Shown here piece by piece: positions 36,501-46,746 of a DNA stretch of 64,000 bases. The DNA comes from Amoebophrya sp. A120 (Eukaryota; Protista; Dinoflagellata), in assembly GCA_905178155.1 (NCBI GenBank), contig CAJINV010000005.1, positions 5,979,754-6,043,753 on the forward strand, in the 5' to 3' direction. Within the stretch, counting starts at the first letter, position 1. Each line of letters opens with the position of its first letter. Below the pieces are notes generated by a model. That model was not told the origin of the DNA. It did no database searches and saw only the letters and a list, made by a program, of their open reading frames with translations. The translations under genes were made by a program, and so were the position numbers.

Positions 36501-37021
36501 GGAAAATCTTTTTCCGGTAGTATCAAAGCAAAACCACCCACCCCCACCCAATCTGTCATGCAAAACGTGCATAAGTTGCAGTGTTTGCCATGCAAAAAAG
36601 GGATAGGCGTTTTTTTCCTGGATAGGTAGTTCAGCGAGTGTAGCAGCTCCGGGTGGAGTTCCATTTGCTCGAACGAAGTGCACCAGTCGGAATAGAGGGA
36701 ACACGAAGAGGTAGACGGCGCGGCTCTTGGTGCTTTCCTCAAAACGCTTTGTCGTCGTGTCTGTGCCTTCGTGGAAGGCGGTAGGAATGCCTCCCCGGCC
36801 GCGGGAAAACCACGACTGGTAGCCGGAAACGGCAGGCGATAACCAGAGTTGCCCGTCACCGGGGACCATAACGAAGTTCTACCTTCGAGGTTTGATGAAA
36901 TGACCCGTCTGCAGCGCTTGTGGAATGAACTGGATCTGGAAGATGAAGATCCAGAAAAGTTCTGCGGCCCACCTCGTCCAGTGCGGACGGCGCAAAAGCG
37001 AACCCGGTACGACGCGGCCAT
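33540..37021 (-). CDS. DEAD-box RNA helicase, DDX28/RH22-like (possibly organellar), multi-exon
   Basis: After element removal: Q motif FEQMELHPEL..IFHPTKIQ, motif I SETGSGKT, VFDEAD, motif III FVFSTAT, STDLGGRGID, motif VI FLHRAGRTGR and a C-terminal LEKSFSLKRSLRK. The N-terminus is R/S-rich. Some junctions are unresolved. Confidence 0.88.
34532..34672. mobile_element. Introner-like element, family A
   Basis: TATGAAATGCAAAAG...TTTTGCACAGGATA with tctcc direct repeats. In-frame excision gives LLQEKQRG. Confidence 0.92.
34750..34941. mobile_element. Introner-like element (singleton)
   Basis: About 33-bp TIR TATCCCACGAAAAAAGTGTTACAGTTACACATT with tctgt direct repeats. Excision restores PESIQTEWIYH. 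Confidence 0.9.
35224..35367. mobile_element. Degenerate family A-like introner element
   Basis: TATCCTGCGCAAAAGCA...TGCTTTTGCAATTTCCCTA with gacaa direct repeats. Excision restores PTQFVFSTAT. Confidence 0.85.
36521..36624. mobile_element. Introner-like element (singleton, shortest)
   Basis: TATC...GGATA with ggtag direct repeats. Excision restores the Q motif to motif I continuity (LNYRKKIFHPTKIQ). Confidence 0.87.
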
Positions 37022-38046
37022 TGCGACGTCGGTCGGGATACAGCAAATTTTCCGCCGCGATGTTGACCTCCAGTCCGTTTCCACGCTCACGCGGGCGCCT
37101 TCTTACCAGCGTCGCGAGGATTGCTTAGTGCTGAGCGCGTCCGAAAGCCACACTTTCAGCTCGAGTCGGTGGGAGCGGAAGATGAGCTCCGCTATTTCCA
37201 CTCCACTAGCACATCTACATCCTCTCACCCCTGCATTTCGTCCGTCGAGGGACCGGCTCAGGCTCTTGGTGCAAGGTCGATGAAAAATGAATATGAAACG
37301 AATCTACTTCCGCTCTAGATTAATATGAACAAAAAACGCCACGTCATATTGTGAATTCTTCAGTCGGGTCGGGAGTACCGAGTAGTGCTACAGATCCCAT
37401 GCAAGCACCAAACCGGTGTCTAGAGTCTAGGTGAAACTTCCAAGACCAATGTGATTGCTCGGATCCGGTCAGGTAAAAAGATCGCGACACAGTACGTGCC
37501 CAAAAATATGATCGCGTTGAGCAGCTCCATGAACGTAAGTTTACAGGTTAGAAGATCAAGGAAGAGAGGAAACTGTGATCCTACCATGTGCACTGATGAC
37601 ACCACTAGATGTAAGGGCCGTCTTTCTACCAACTGCACCCTTCACCTTCCGCAGACAACTTTTCTAGTTTTACGTAGAAAGATCTGCTCCTGTTGCAAAA
37701 ACCAAAACTGACTTCACATGCGCCTTTATTTCTGATCTTCTTCACAATCTTGAGCCAGAAGCAGTGGCAACAGTGATTCTCGCTGCACGGTCTGATCATC
37801 GCACCGCAACGCACGGGTTGTGAGACATCAGAGCTGTTGGTGTACTAGGCACCTTGACCTTTGCGATGAATGCACGATATCATATACGTCTTGCACTTCC
37901 TTCTTGATTTTTTTTTCGTTACTTGCTTTTCCCGCCAGCATGTTAAAAACCGACGCTCCAAAATCAGAGAACCTCTTCATCTTCCAGCAGACATAGACGC
38001 TTCCATCCGACGAGCAAATCTTGTTACCTCAGAACAAAATGATGTT

Positions 38047-38255
38047 GCCGATTGTTTGAAAATATCTCTACCTGGTTTAGCGATGTAGCCATGATAAGTC
38101 AAGATCTACAAAAAAAGGAGTTGTGAAACCCACCATACCCAAATACCCAAGAAATGTGCCATTGTTTGAAAATATTAGTTTGAAACTGAGTTGCCAATGT
38201 TTGAAAATATCAGTAAAAGAATTTGTCGTTACGACCTGCCATTGTTTGAAAATAT
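38047..38255. repeat. Four dispersed copies of gccattgtttgaaaatat
   Basis: Copies at 38047, 38158, 38193 and 38238 with at most 1 difference each. Confidence 0.8.
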
Positions 38256-38549
38256 TATCTGAATGTGAGGAACAAGAGAGAAGCACGCTCTTGGTTTGCT
38301 AAAAAGATGAATCGAATAAAGCTACTGCGTCATTGCCCCTTCATGAGATGATGAAGCTTGTTCTTTTCTTGAAAAGTTAAAACTCTTCCATGAAACTGAC
38401 GTGCATTTTACGGCTCTGGAAAAATCTAAATCGTGTCTGAACATCGTACAAGATGAAAAATGTTGTAAAAGCTGGTGCGCAAGGAGAGAAAAACAGATCG
38501 TACGTACGTTTTTTGCTGTAGGTGAAGATGTGCACTTCCATTTTTAGCA

Positions 38550-41500
38550 TTAGCAGCACACATGCATCACGTACTTGCAGGGGCTGGGCTCCGAGAAGAA
38601 GCTCTGCTTGCAGCCGTCCTATGAACTGCAAAAATGTCTGGGTCTGGAAGGATGCGAACTTGTGATGCTGCATTTGAATGCTACTGTATTGCATGAACAG
38701 CAGAAGCGGTCCAGCTTTTGCCCCGGCGAGAGGGCATTTCTCATGCGGCATAGGCATCAGAAAGCCCTCACAAAATCTGTGAAGCTAGGGCATCCATCAC
38801 AGACGTCAGGAGTCATGCAAAATATGCATGACAAACCCGGCAACATTCCAGACCCAGACATTTCTGCATTTGATACGTCCGGGCCCTTCTTGATCGTTGC
38901 GGACCGCTTCCGGCCGCCCGGGCACCACAGCTTGGAGCCGTTGGGAAAGCTCTGGGATTCCTCATCCCACGTGCCCACGTGGACCTGGAAGGGGCCGCGC
39001 TTGGCCTTCTGGGTGAGCACATTGTCCTGGACGAAGTAGTTGTACCGGTTGTCGGTGAACGCGCCCGCGGTGGGTTTGGTAGGGTATGCAATGCAACTTC
39101 TAGGTCAACATCTTGCTCTTCTCCCTCAGTGATCGAGACTGCAGCGTCCCAGAACAGATTTTTTCCTGGACATGCATGACAAATTCAACATCGGGTAGGT
39201 GCACCGATACCGAAGCCGCAAAGTTGCACTGAATATCGGGACGCACTGTTTCAGGCGGAGTTTCTCGGGCATGGTGGTAGAGGTGGTGGTCGTTATCAAA
39301 GAAAAAAAATTCGTCACGATCACTCATGCGCATTCTTGCAATACAAAATTGCTTGTCTTGCGTAAAAATGCATCACAGACAAACTTCATTAGGGATTTCC
39401 CTAGTGTTTCTGCAATACAAGGAAAGTTTGAGGTGCTGAGAAAATTTGTAATGCAAAACCTGCAAGTTAGTGACTGTGACAAACTTTTTTCTCTCCATAG
39501 TCGTCGTGGTGGTGGTAGTAGTGGTGGTCGTGGGCTCTTCCTTCTTGGCCATACAATCATATGCAATACAAATTTCCCGTACATGTACGAGATGCATCAC
39601 AAATTTCACCAATTTGGAGTGTAGCGCTTGTCATGCTAAACTAGGATCGAAGCCCAGGGTTGTCATGCAGAGACTGCATTTGTACGTGTACGGGAAATTT
39701 ACTGCGGATAAAGCAGAGATGGTGTCCATGGAATCCGTCAAGCTCTTGCGCAGCGGTTCGGACGAAATCGGGATCATCAAGTATGGAATGGAAAAACATG
39801 TACTTTTTCAAAAATCTGTCATGCGGCTTACGTCGAAAAACTTAAACTAATCCAGCAGCGACAGATCGACCAGTCGAGGTGGTCTGGGACAAGAAAGTAT
39901 ACTCAATCGGAAACAAACCAACTTCGATACGGCAGAAAACAGTGTGATGTCGATTCTAGCATGACAAATCTTTGGTCTCTCTCCGAAGCCGCATGACAAA
40001 TTTCAAACCACGACACGTCTCGCTCATGATACACACCTGGCGGAGGCGGCGGTGCCACAGTCGGTGCCGGTGTACTTGACTGCGGACTTGATTTCGCTGA
40101 ACAGCAAGCACATAACCTGATTGGTTTGTATTGCAAAACACGATAATAGGTGGTATTTGTATTGCAAAACACGATCACGAATGAAGATACAACGGATGCT
40201 GTGCTGTACCTCGCCCGCCTTCGCGTCCAGGTACCCGTTGTAGGTCTGGAAGCCCACACACGTGTTCGGCGCCAGCGTCTTTCGGCAGAGTGCGGCACAC
40301 CCCTCCGCGCCGTCGACCACAGCGGAGATTGGCATGATGACCGTGCCGTCGCAGGAGGCGTCAGCGGGATCCTCCGTGCCCTCGACCACAGCGGCGGAAG
40401 TGTAGTGGCTGGAAGTATGTTAAGTAATGCATGGTGCGAGATCTTCTAAATTCACATTTGTTCATGAACATTGGTTTATAACAGGTTAGCAAATCTTAAT
40501 CAGGAGGTAGTACGATGTAGCTGTACAGAGGGGAGGAACTATCAAAAAAGATCTAAATCTGTACGTCAAAGCCCCCAGTCCCTTCGCCAAGCTCTTTTCT
40601 TTCGGGAACACAGATTCCGCGACCTTTTCGATGCTCCACGTGTCGAAGAGCACCTTCTGCGCCGTGGCGTTCAACCCCCGAGTCATCTCCACGAGCTCTT
40701 GGGCGCCCGCCTTCGCCGCGGACTGTTGGTACTTTCCGGTTTTATGCAGCGCAAAAAAATATGTCTTGGTCTGGAAAGTTGTAATGCTAATGCCCGGATG
40801 ATACGCAATCTGTATCAGGGGGCTGCGCATGACAAGTTTCTGAGCGCCTATGTCTAGCGTGAATCGCATCACAAATGGTTTTTTGCATGACAAACAAGTG
40901 GCACTGTAGTGTACCAAGCATGACAGACTTTTCAGTCATGCCTGACAAGCATGACTGATATTTCCAGACCTAGACATATTTGCATTGCGTACGTCTTCAC
41001 CTTCAGCAAATCGTAGTCCTTCAGACTGTCGAACGGCATGTTCTTAATCTTCCCCGCGATAAAGTATGAAATGCAAAAATATCTGGCTCTGGAAAAGTGC
41101 AAGGTTTGTCATGCATGTTTTGCATGACCCACGATGCTTGTAGTAATGCATGAGCTAGCATCGCAGATTTTTGGCAGGCTTCCTGATGCCTATTCCGCAT
41201 GACAAATGCCCTCCCCGCGTAGCACAAACTGGACTCCCCTTGCTTGTCCTTGTCATGCAATGCAAATCTTTTTTAGAATCCAAACACAGCATCACAAGTT
41301 CCATCCTTCCAGACCCAGACATATTTGCAACGCATATAAAGTTCTGCGAGGCCATGGTTTCCTGGTGGTGCTGGACCGCAATCTTTTTGTATGACAGTGC
41401 GCAAGATGAACTCTACTTCCTCATTTGTATTGCATGAACAGCAATTATACAAGCGGTCACGCAAACAGTGCCAGAGCTTCTCATGCAAACAGTGCCTAGA

Positions 41501-42747
41501 CGCACGGCGTAAGTTGGGTATTTCGCATTACAAATGAGGGGGAGGGGGCGTTGTGCATTGTCATATGTTGCCGACCTTTCCCTGCGCGTCCGCAAGCTTC
41601 TTGCCCGCGGTGATCAGCTATGCCTTGAAAAAGTATTACTATCGCATTTATGCATTGCAAATTTTCTTGGCAAGTTAAATCCGCATCACAAATTTCGTTT
41701 CTCATGTTGAGGAGATTTGTCATGCAGTTTATACGTAGTACGATACTTTTGCAGTGCATATCAGGTCCTTTGCGGTGTCGAGGGCCGTGTCTAAATCGGA
41801 CTTTAAATCTTCGGCCGTGGCGAAAAAGCTCTGGACGATGTCCGCACTCATGACTGGCGGGGGCGTGCAGCCGTGCATTTCGAACACCGACGCCTTGGTC
41901 TGGCCACCGCACATCTCACCGGCGTTGCCCTGGAGTTTTGAAATTGGAAAATGTATTTTAGATCGTCCGCATCTACCATGCAACTGCCTTACCAAACATA
42001 GATAAAGTCTCCATTGGGTTTACGGATCTTTAAAACGACAACTCTACTGAACAATTCAGAAAATCTAAATTTGTCACCACGACCCGATCTTGCAATAAAC
42101 GTCGTTACAAGGTGCTGACGAGTCCCAAAACATCAAACTCCACTACCTCGCACGCCATGTTGCAGTCCTGACTGCTCCCCGCGGCTTGCACGAAGTAGGG
42201 CGAGCAGTAGCACTCGTTTCCGCGGACCAAGCCGAAATACTGCATGTATTCCTGATCTTTCCTATGCAATACAAATTTCCACCGTACATGTCCAAGATGC
42301 ATCACAAACTTCAGCAACTACTTGAGTGTAAAACCTGTCATGCTAAACTAGGACAAAAGCCAACTTTTGTCATGCAGAGACAGCATTTCTTGCACGTGTA
42401 CGGGAAATTTCCTGTGGATATTTGCAGAACTTAAAGCACACGTCGTGCGTCATCGCCTCCTGCTTGGGTTTTGGAACCTCCTTGTCGTAGCGGATAACTG
42501 AGATCGGGTGACTGGCTTCGGAGTACGCGAGCGGATTCCCCGTCTTGTCCCCGTTGACAAGCAGTTCATCGTTGATGCAGTCCGTGTAGTGGAATCCCGT
42601 GGTGTCCGTCGCGTTCTTCGGGATGTGGCTTTCCTTGCTGTTAGAGGAGGCGAGAAAGGCTTTTGTCGGTGCTTCTTGCGGCTGCTTGGGAAGGACACGG
42701 ATGGCTTCGGAGGCGGCTAGCAAGGACGGATAGGTAAGCGTCCGCAT
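38550..42747 (-). CDS. Putative secreted multi-domain carbohydrate-binding protein (WSC + PAN/Apple-like + Thr-rich linker + MRH/PRKCSH-like), 13 introns
   Basis: Spliced translation: MTHDVCFKFCKDQEYMQYFGLVRGNECYCS...CNMACEGNAGEMCGG (WSC pattern); CAALCRK..CVGFQTY..CLLFS (PAN-like); poly-Thr; HVGTW..FPNGSKLWCPGGRKRSATI..C..FFSEPSPCKY (MRH-like). Stop TAA at 38550. Confidence 0.78.
38620..38875. mobile_element. Introner-like element, family C (opposite orientation to 14660)
   Basis: TATGAACTGCAAAAATGTCTGGGTCTGGAA...CAGACATTTCTGCATTTGATA with cgtcc direct repeats. In-frame excision. Confidence 0.92.
39085..39235. mobile_element. Introner-like element (singleton)
   Basis: TATGCAATGCAACTT...AAGTTGCACTGAATA with flanks taggg/tcggg. 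In-frame excision. Confidence 0.83.
39294..39499. mobile_element. Introner-like element (singleton) splitting the poly-Thr linker
   Basis: TATC..AAAAAAATTCGTCAC / GTGACAAACTTTTTT..CCATA with gtcgt direct repeats. Confidence 0.85.
39560..39710. mobile_element. Introner-like element, family B
   Basis: TATGCAATACAAATTTCCCGTACA...TGTACGGGAAATTTACTGCGGATA with flanks aatca/aagca. Confidence 0.9.
39782..40031. mobile_element. Degenerate introner-like element (singleton)
   Basis: TATG...GATA ends with subterminal inverted TGTCATGCGGCTT. The flanks have decayed, but element+5 nt removal keeps the frame. Confidence 0.65.
40743..40991. mobile_element. Introner-like element, divergent family C
   Basis: TATGCAGCGCAAAA..ATGTCTTGGTCTGGAA...TTCCAGACCTAGACATATTTGCATTGCGTA with flanks ggttt/cgtct. 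In-frame excision gives KVKTGKY. Confidence 0.83.
41065..41336. mobile_element. Introner-like element, family C
   Basis: TATGAAATGCAAAAATATCTGGCTCTGGAA...CAGACATATTTGCAACGCATA with taaag direct repeats. Confidence 0.9.
41390..41565. mobile_element. Introner-like element, family D
   Basis: TATGACAGTGC...GTGCATTGTCATA with flanks ttttg/tgttg. Homolog of 9491-9706. Confidence 0.87.
41619..41760. mobile_element. Introner-like element, family A
   Basis: TATG..AAAAAGTA...TACGATACTTTTGCAGTGCATA with flanks tcagc/tcagg. In-frame excision. Confidence 0.87.
42263..42420. mobile_element. Introner-like element, family B
   Basis: TATGCAATACAAATTTCC...GGGAAATTTCCTGTGGATA with flanks tttcc/tttgc. Excision restores the WSC segment CFKFCKDQE. 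Confidence 0.9.
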
Positions 42748-43562
42748 CTTTTTCGACGAGTTTAGATCAGAGGATAACTGTAGAAATTTAGATTTTTTGC
42801 TCCTCCTTGGCGCAGCGCATTTCTGGCTAGTATCAATGGTCGTTTTGTTTTGGACATAACATATGTGGCGTGTTTACATCGGCCAATGATAAACGAGGTT
42901 TGTACTTACGACTACCCGGTACCGCTTGCACCACGGTGAAGAGAGACAGAGAGAGACCGACATCAGGTAAAAATGTGAAAAGAAGCAAAAGATGAACAGA
43001 ACCACCGATCTTTTGGACTTGACACAGTACCTTCTAAAGAATCTGCAAATCACAGAACCAAAACGAAAAACGGACCAAAGGAGAACGACCTCGGACTGTT
43101 TTATGATCCTGAAACTGAGCCTGAACTTGAAGAACAGGAAACACAAACACTAGAGGACCCAACAAGAAGGACGAAGACGCCTCACAAATCAAAAACGTGA
43201 GGACGCTTGATAAATTGGATTTCTTTCTTTGTAACAAGCCATCTGTATTCTTAAAAAGTTACTACGACGCCTTTTTCTGCAGGAAATCTGCAGTAGAAAG
43301 AACGAAAACACAGACATCCTGTCCGTCGCGAGATAATGGAAATACGACATCTCCGCCAAAATCTAAAGGCTGAGACTTTCACTTCCCTTCCCGTGCTAAG
43401 ACAAGCAGTAGTTTTTTGTCCGCCCCTCCACTCATTTTTCTCTCTTCTCGTGGTGCGCACCGCCAAGCACAGAACCTAAACCAAGACCGGCAGAGGAGGA
43501 AGAAGTTCTGCTCTTGCTGTTCTCCCGCGGTTCTTTTCTTATGCTGTTCCGTCTGCGTACAG

Positions 43563-45490
43563 TTACGCCCCGGCGTACATCCTGGTTTCCAAATCGTTCG
43601 CCTCTGCTATCAGCTTGTCTGCGCTTTTATGCATTGCAAAAATATCGCTATCAAAGTAGTGGTGAAGAAAAAGTGTTTTGCAAACTAAGAACCTTAATTG
43701 CAAAATCAGAGTCAGGTCATTCACTCTGTCATGCATGACTACACTCATTGCGAGTACGATATTGTTGCAAGTGATACATTTTTTCGAACAGCAGGTTAAA
43801 CGCCTGGATCACGTTTTCCCCCGTCTGAGAAGACAGCTCGAAGTAGTAAAACCCATGCTCCTTCGCGAACGTCTGCCCCTCCTGCTTTGTCACTTGCCTG
43901 CTCGGTAAATCGCACTTGTTCGCACATAGCAAGCAGACCGCGTTTCCGAAAGTGAGGCCATGCGTCCGCGCTTCCCAAAGCCAGGTACCTGGCGGGTTTT
44001 TTTAAATCAGGGAGGATTTCGATCCTGTGTTTTTGTTGTATCAAGAAGTTCTTTAGATGAAGCACATGATACGTAGTAGAGTTCATAAAACTCTTCCAGG
44101 TACCAAATTTAGAAACTGTTTTTTTTGTAGAAAGTACTTTCCAGCTTCCGAAAAGTTTCCGCGTTGGTGCTATCGTAGCAGACCAGCACGCCCTGTGCGT
44201 TTTCGTAGAACTCCACCCGGATCTCCCGAAACTCTTCGTGGCCAGAGAGATCGAAGAAGTTTACTTTTATCTTTTGCTTCGGATCCGGAAAATGTTGTTG
44301 ACTCGCCGCTGCTTTGTTCTTTTTCTGCTTCACACTGGGCTGGACAAAAACCGTTTTCACTCCGTAATCCACCCCAATCGTCGAAATGTAGCGCGGCACA
44401 AACCGGCCCTCGCAGAACCGCTTTATCAAACACGACTTGCCGGAATTGCTTGCGCCGATAGAAATCACCTTCACCCGACTCGTGTTGTTGTCGTTATCAG
44501 GATTGTTTGTGCCGGAGGTTTGGTTTTGCTGCTGCTGCGTCATCGAGGCGTACTTTGCGCTGTCCCACGCTGCCCCGCGAAAGGGAGCAGAAGTAGAGGC
44601 ACTGGAAGTACTGTGGTCTTCGGAAGAGGAGTTGTAATTGTTATGTCCACTCGCTGCTCCTGATGACGAACTAGAGCCACCGGGACCTGCTCCTGATGTT
44701 GCACCACCAGCAGAATTCGCATTGTTCGTCGTGTACGCTGATTTTATCTTCGCGATCAGTTCCGCGCGCTCGAAGCAATCATCCGATCGGACGTTCATTT
44801 CAGTGAGGAGTAATTTCAGCTCCCGGATCGTCATCTCCTCTAGTTGCGCGGCGGATGGGCGGGGCTTGGAACTGCGAGCGTTCTGTAGTTTTGGGGAGAA
44901 TTGGTTGTTTTGATGTGTGTAACAAGTGAAGTAGGCTCCGCCTGGCAATAATATGGAAAACTGAGTGTGTGACAGTGACATGCAAAAGCTTCAACACTCC
45001 AACTCTACCGCATCTTCATGCGCAGTAGAGAAAATCAGAAGCACAAGCACATGACAAAAGCAAGCGGGTGAAACTGTACCCCAGTACTAGCACCCGCCCC
45101 GGCATTCGCGGCTCCTGGCGGCGGTTTCTTTGGCGGCGCTGGTTTCGAAGCACCAGAGCTCCCACCCGATGAAGAACTCGATCCTGCAGGTGCGCCGCTG
45201 CTGTTTGAGCCGTAGGACCCCGGTCCCGTTGGGCCGGAAGTCCCGCTGCCAGGTATAGTAGAAGAAAACGAGCCGAAGGAGAAGAAGATGCTCCGGTCGT
45301 ACACCGTCCGTTTGGCTTCGTCGGACAGGGTTTCATACGCGAGAGAAACGTTCTTGAAAATTTCCACATTTCCGCCTTTATCGGGGTGGTGGCGGAGGGC
45401 GGCTTTTTTGTAGGCTTTTTTCAGCTCGTCCGGAGTGCAGTTTTGCCCGACCTGGAGAAGGTCGTAGTAATTCAAACTGGCGGAAGACAT
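43563..45490 (-). CDS. RJL-family (DNAJC27/Rbj-related) small GTPase with an N-terminal J domain
   Basis: J domain (YYDLLQV..LKKAYKKAALRHHPDKGG), SAP-like helix pair (MTIRELKLLL..DDCFERAELIAKI), then GTPase motifs GASNSGKS, YISTIGVDYG, FFDLSGH (no catalytic Gln, an RJL hallmark), NKCD and ELSS. No CAAX box. Confidence 0.85.
43628..43776. mobile_element. Introner-like element, divergent family A
   Basis: TATGCATTGCAAAAATATCG...GAGTACGATATTGTTGCAAGTGATA with flanks gcttt/cattt. In-frame excision to the RJL C-terminus. Confidence 0.83.
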
Positions 45491-46746
45491 AGTGTTGCTG
45501 GATTTATTTCGGGTCACAGGAATAGCGAGTTTTACTCTACTGGTTTCAACATCAAATCGGATTCAAAAGAACTATGTTGACATCAGCCACGTCTTGTTCA
45601 TACTCGAAGATGCTAGTACCCACCCTGTTAAGAAGTTGCCAGATCCTGATTCTGACACAAGAGCCGCGACAAAGCCAAACATCTCTCTTTCCCTCGCAAC
45701 TTTGCGTATATGCGTCCACTCCACGACCATTTTTTACATTATCGATGAAAAAATCAATTCTAGCACTCCAATACCGCAACTCGTCGAAAGCACCACTTTG
45801 CCGCAAATCCTTCTCGTCTACTTCATCAGTACCCCACGACGTCCTCTTGAACGACAAACATTCTCACTCATTAGCAACAGAAAAAAAAAACGAAAAATTG
45901 TGTGTGAAAAACGATTGGGGCCGTGCAGCATGTGGAAAACTTCTTGTCGTCGCAAAGAAACTTCCGACAAGCGACACGCACGTGTGCTAATATCAGATTC
46001 GAGGTTGCGCAGCCTCATATTCGAAAATGCACACAAAGGAAGGTCCGGATAAAAATTTCGCCGCTTGCACATAGTTGTGAGCGAAGTCTGGTTTATAATT
46101 CGTGTCCCTGACATGAACTCCTAGATCAGCCTTTAGTACTTACTGCCAACGGGAAGATGCTGAAAATCGCTGGTGTGCGCCATGCTAGTCGTGAAAACAA
46201 AATCTACTATGCAAAATGACCCAAGCGAACAAAGCGTGGCTGTAACTCTAACTTCTTGATGCGAAAGGCAAAAGGGATGATAAACTATCCAGCTTTGGGA
46301 TGCGTCCAATATCAGAAGCGCTACGAGGTGGTTCCACCAGGGAGCTGAATCGAAATCAACGTGCATTTTTTGAAAAAAAAGGCCAAAGCGGCCTTCAATA
46401 ACGGGCGTTTGTAAATGAATACGTACATGTTACTAGCTCGATTACCGCCATAATTGGAGAGAGAACTACTCGACCTCCCAGCCCATCTTCTCACTTCGTC
46501 GGGCTTCGCCGGCCACCTGGAGTCCCAGCACCGTGGTAGCACCCATGTTTCGCACACCACTTCGTGTTTGTCGAGTGTAAACAATTTATTTCTTGCAGCC
46601 CTTCTATATTGCAGTCATATGGCTATCGCTATTCCAACTCGGAATGCGAATGGAAATGCAGAAAAATCGCATTTTTTATACAAAATTTTGATTTTGCAGT
46701 AGCAGTGATGCCCTGAATCACACAGCAAGGACGAGCAAGCAAATTT

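Noticed and set aside
8760-45490. Flagellar gene cluster (TTLL glycylase + RJL GTPase)
   Set aside because: About 28 kb apart with unrelated genes between them; no evidence of functional clustering.
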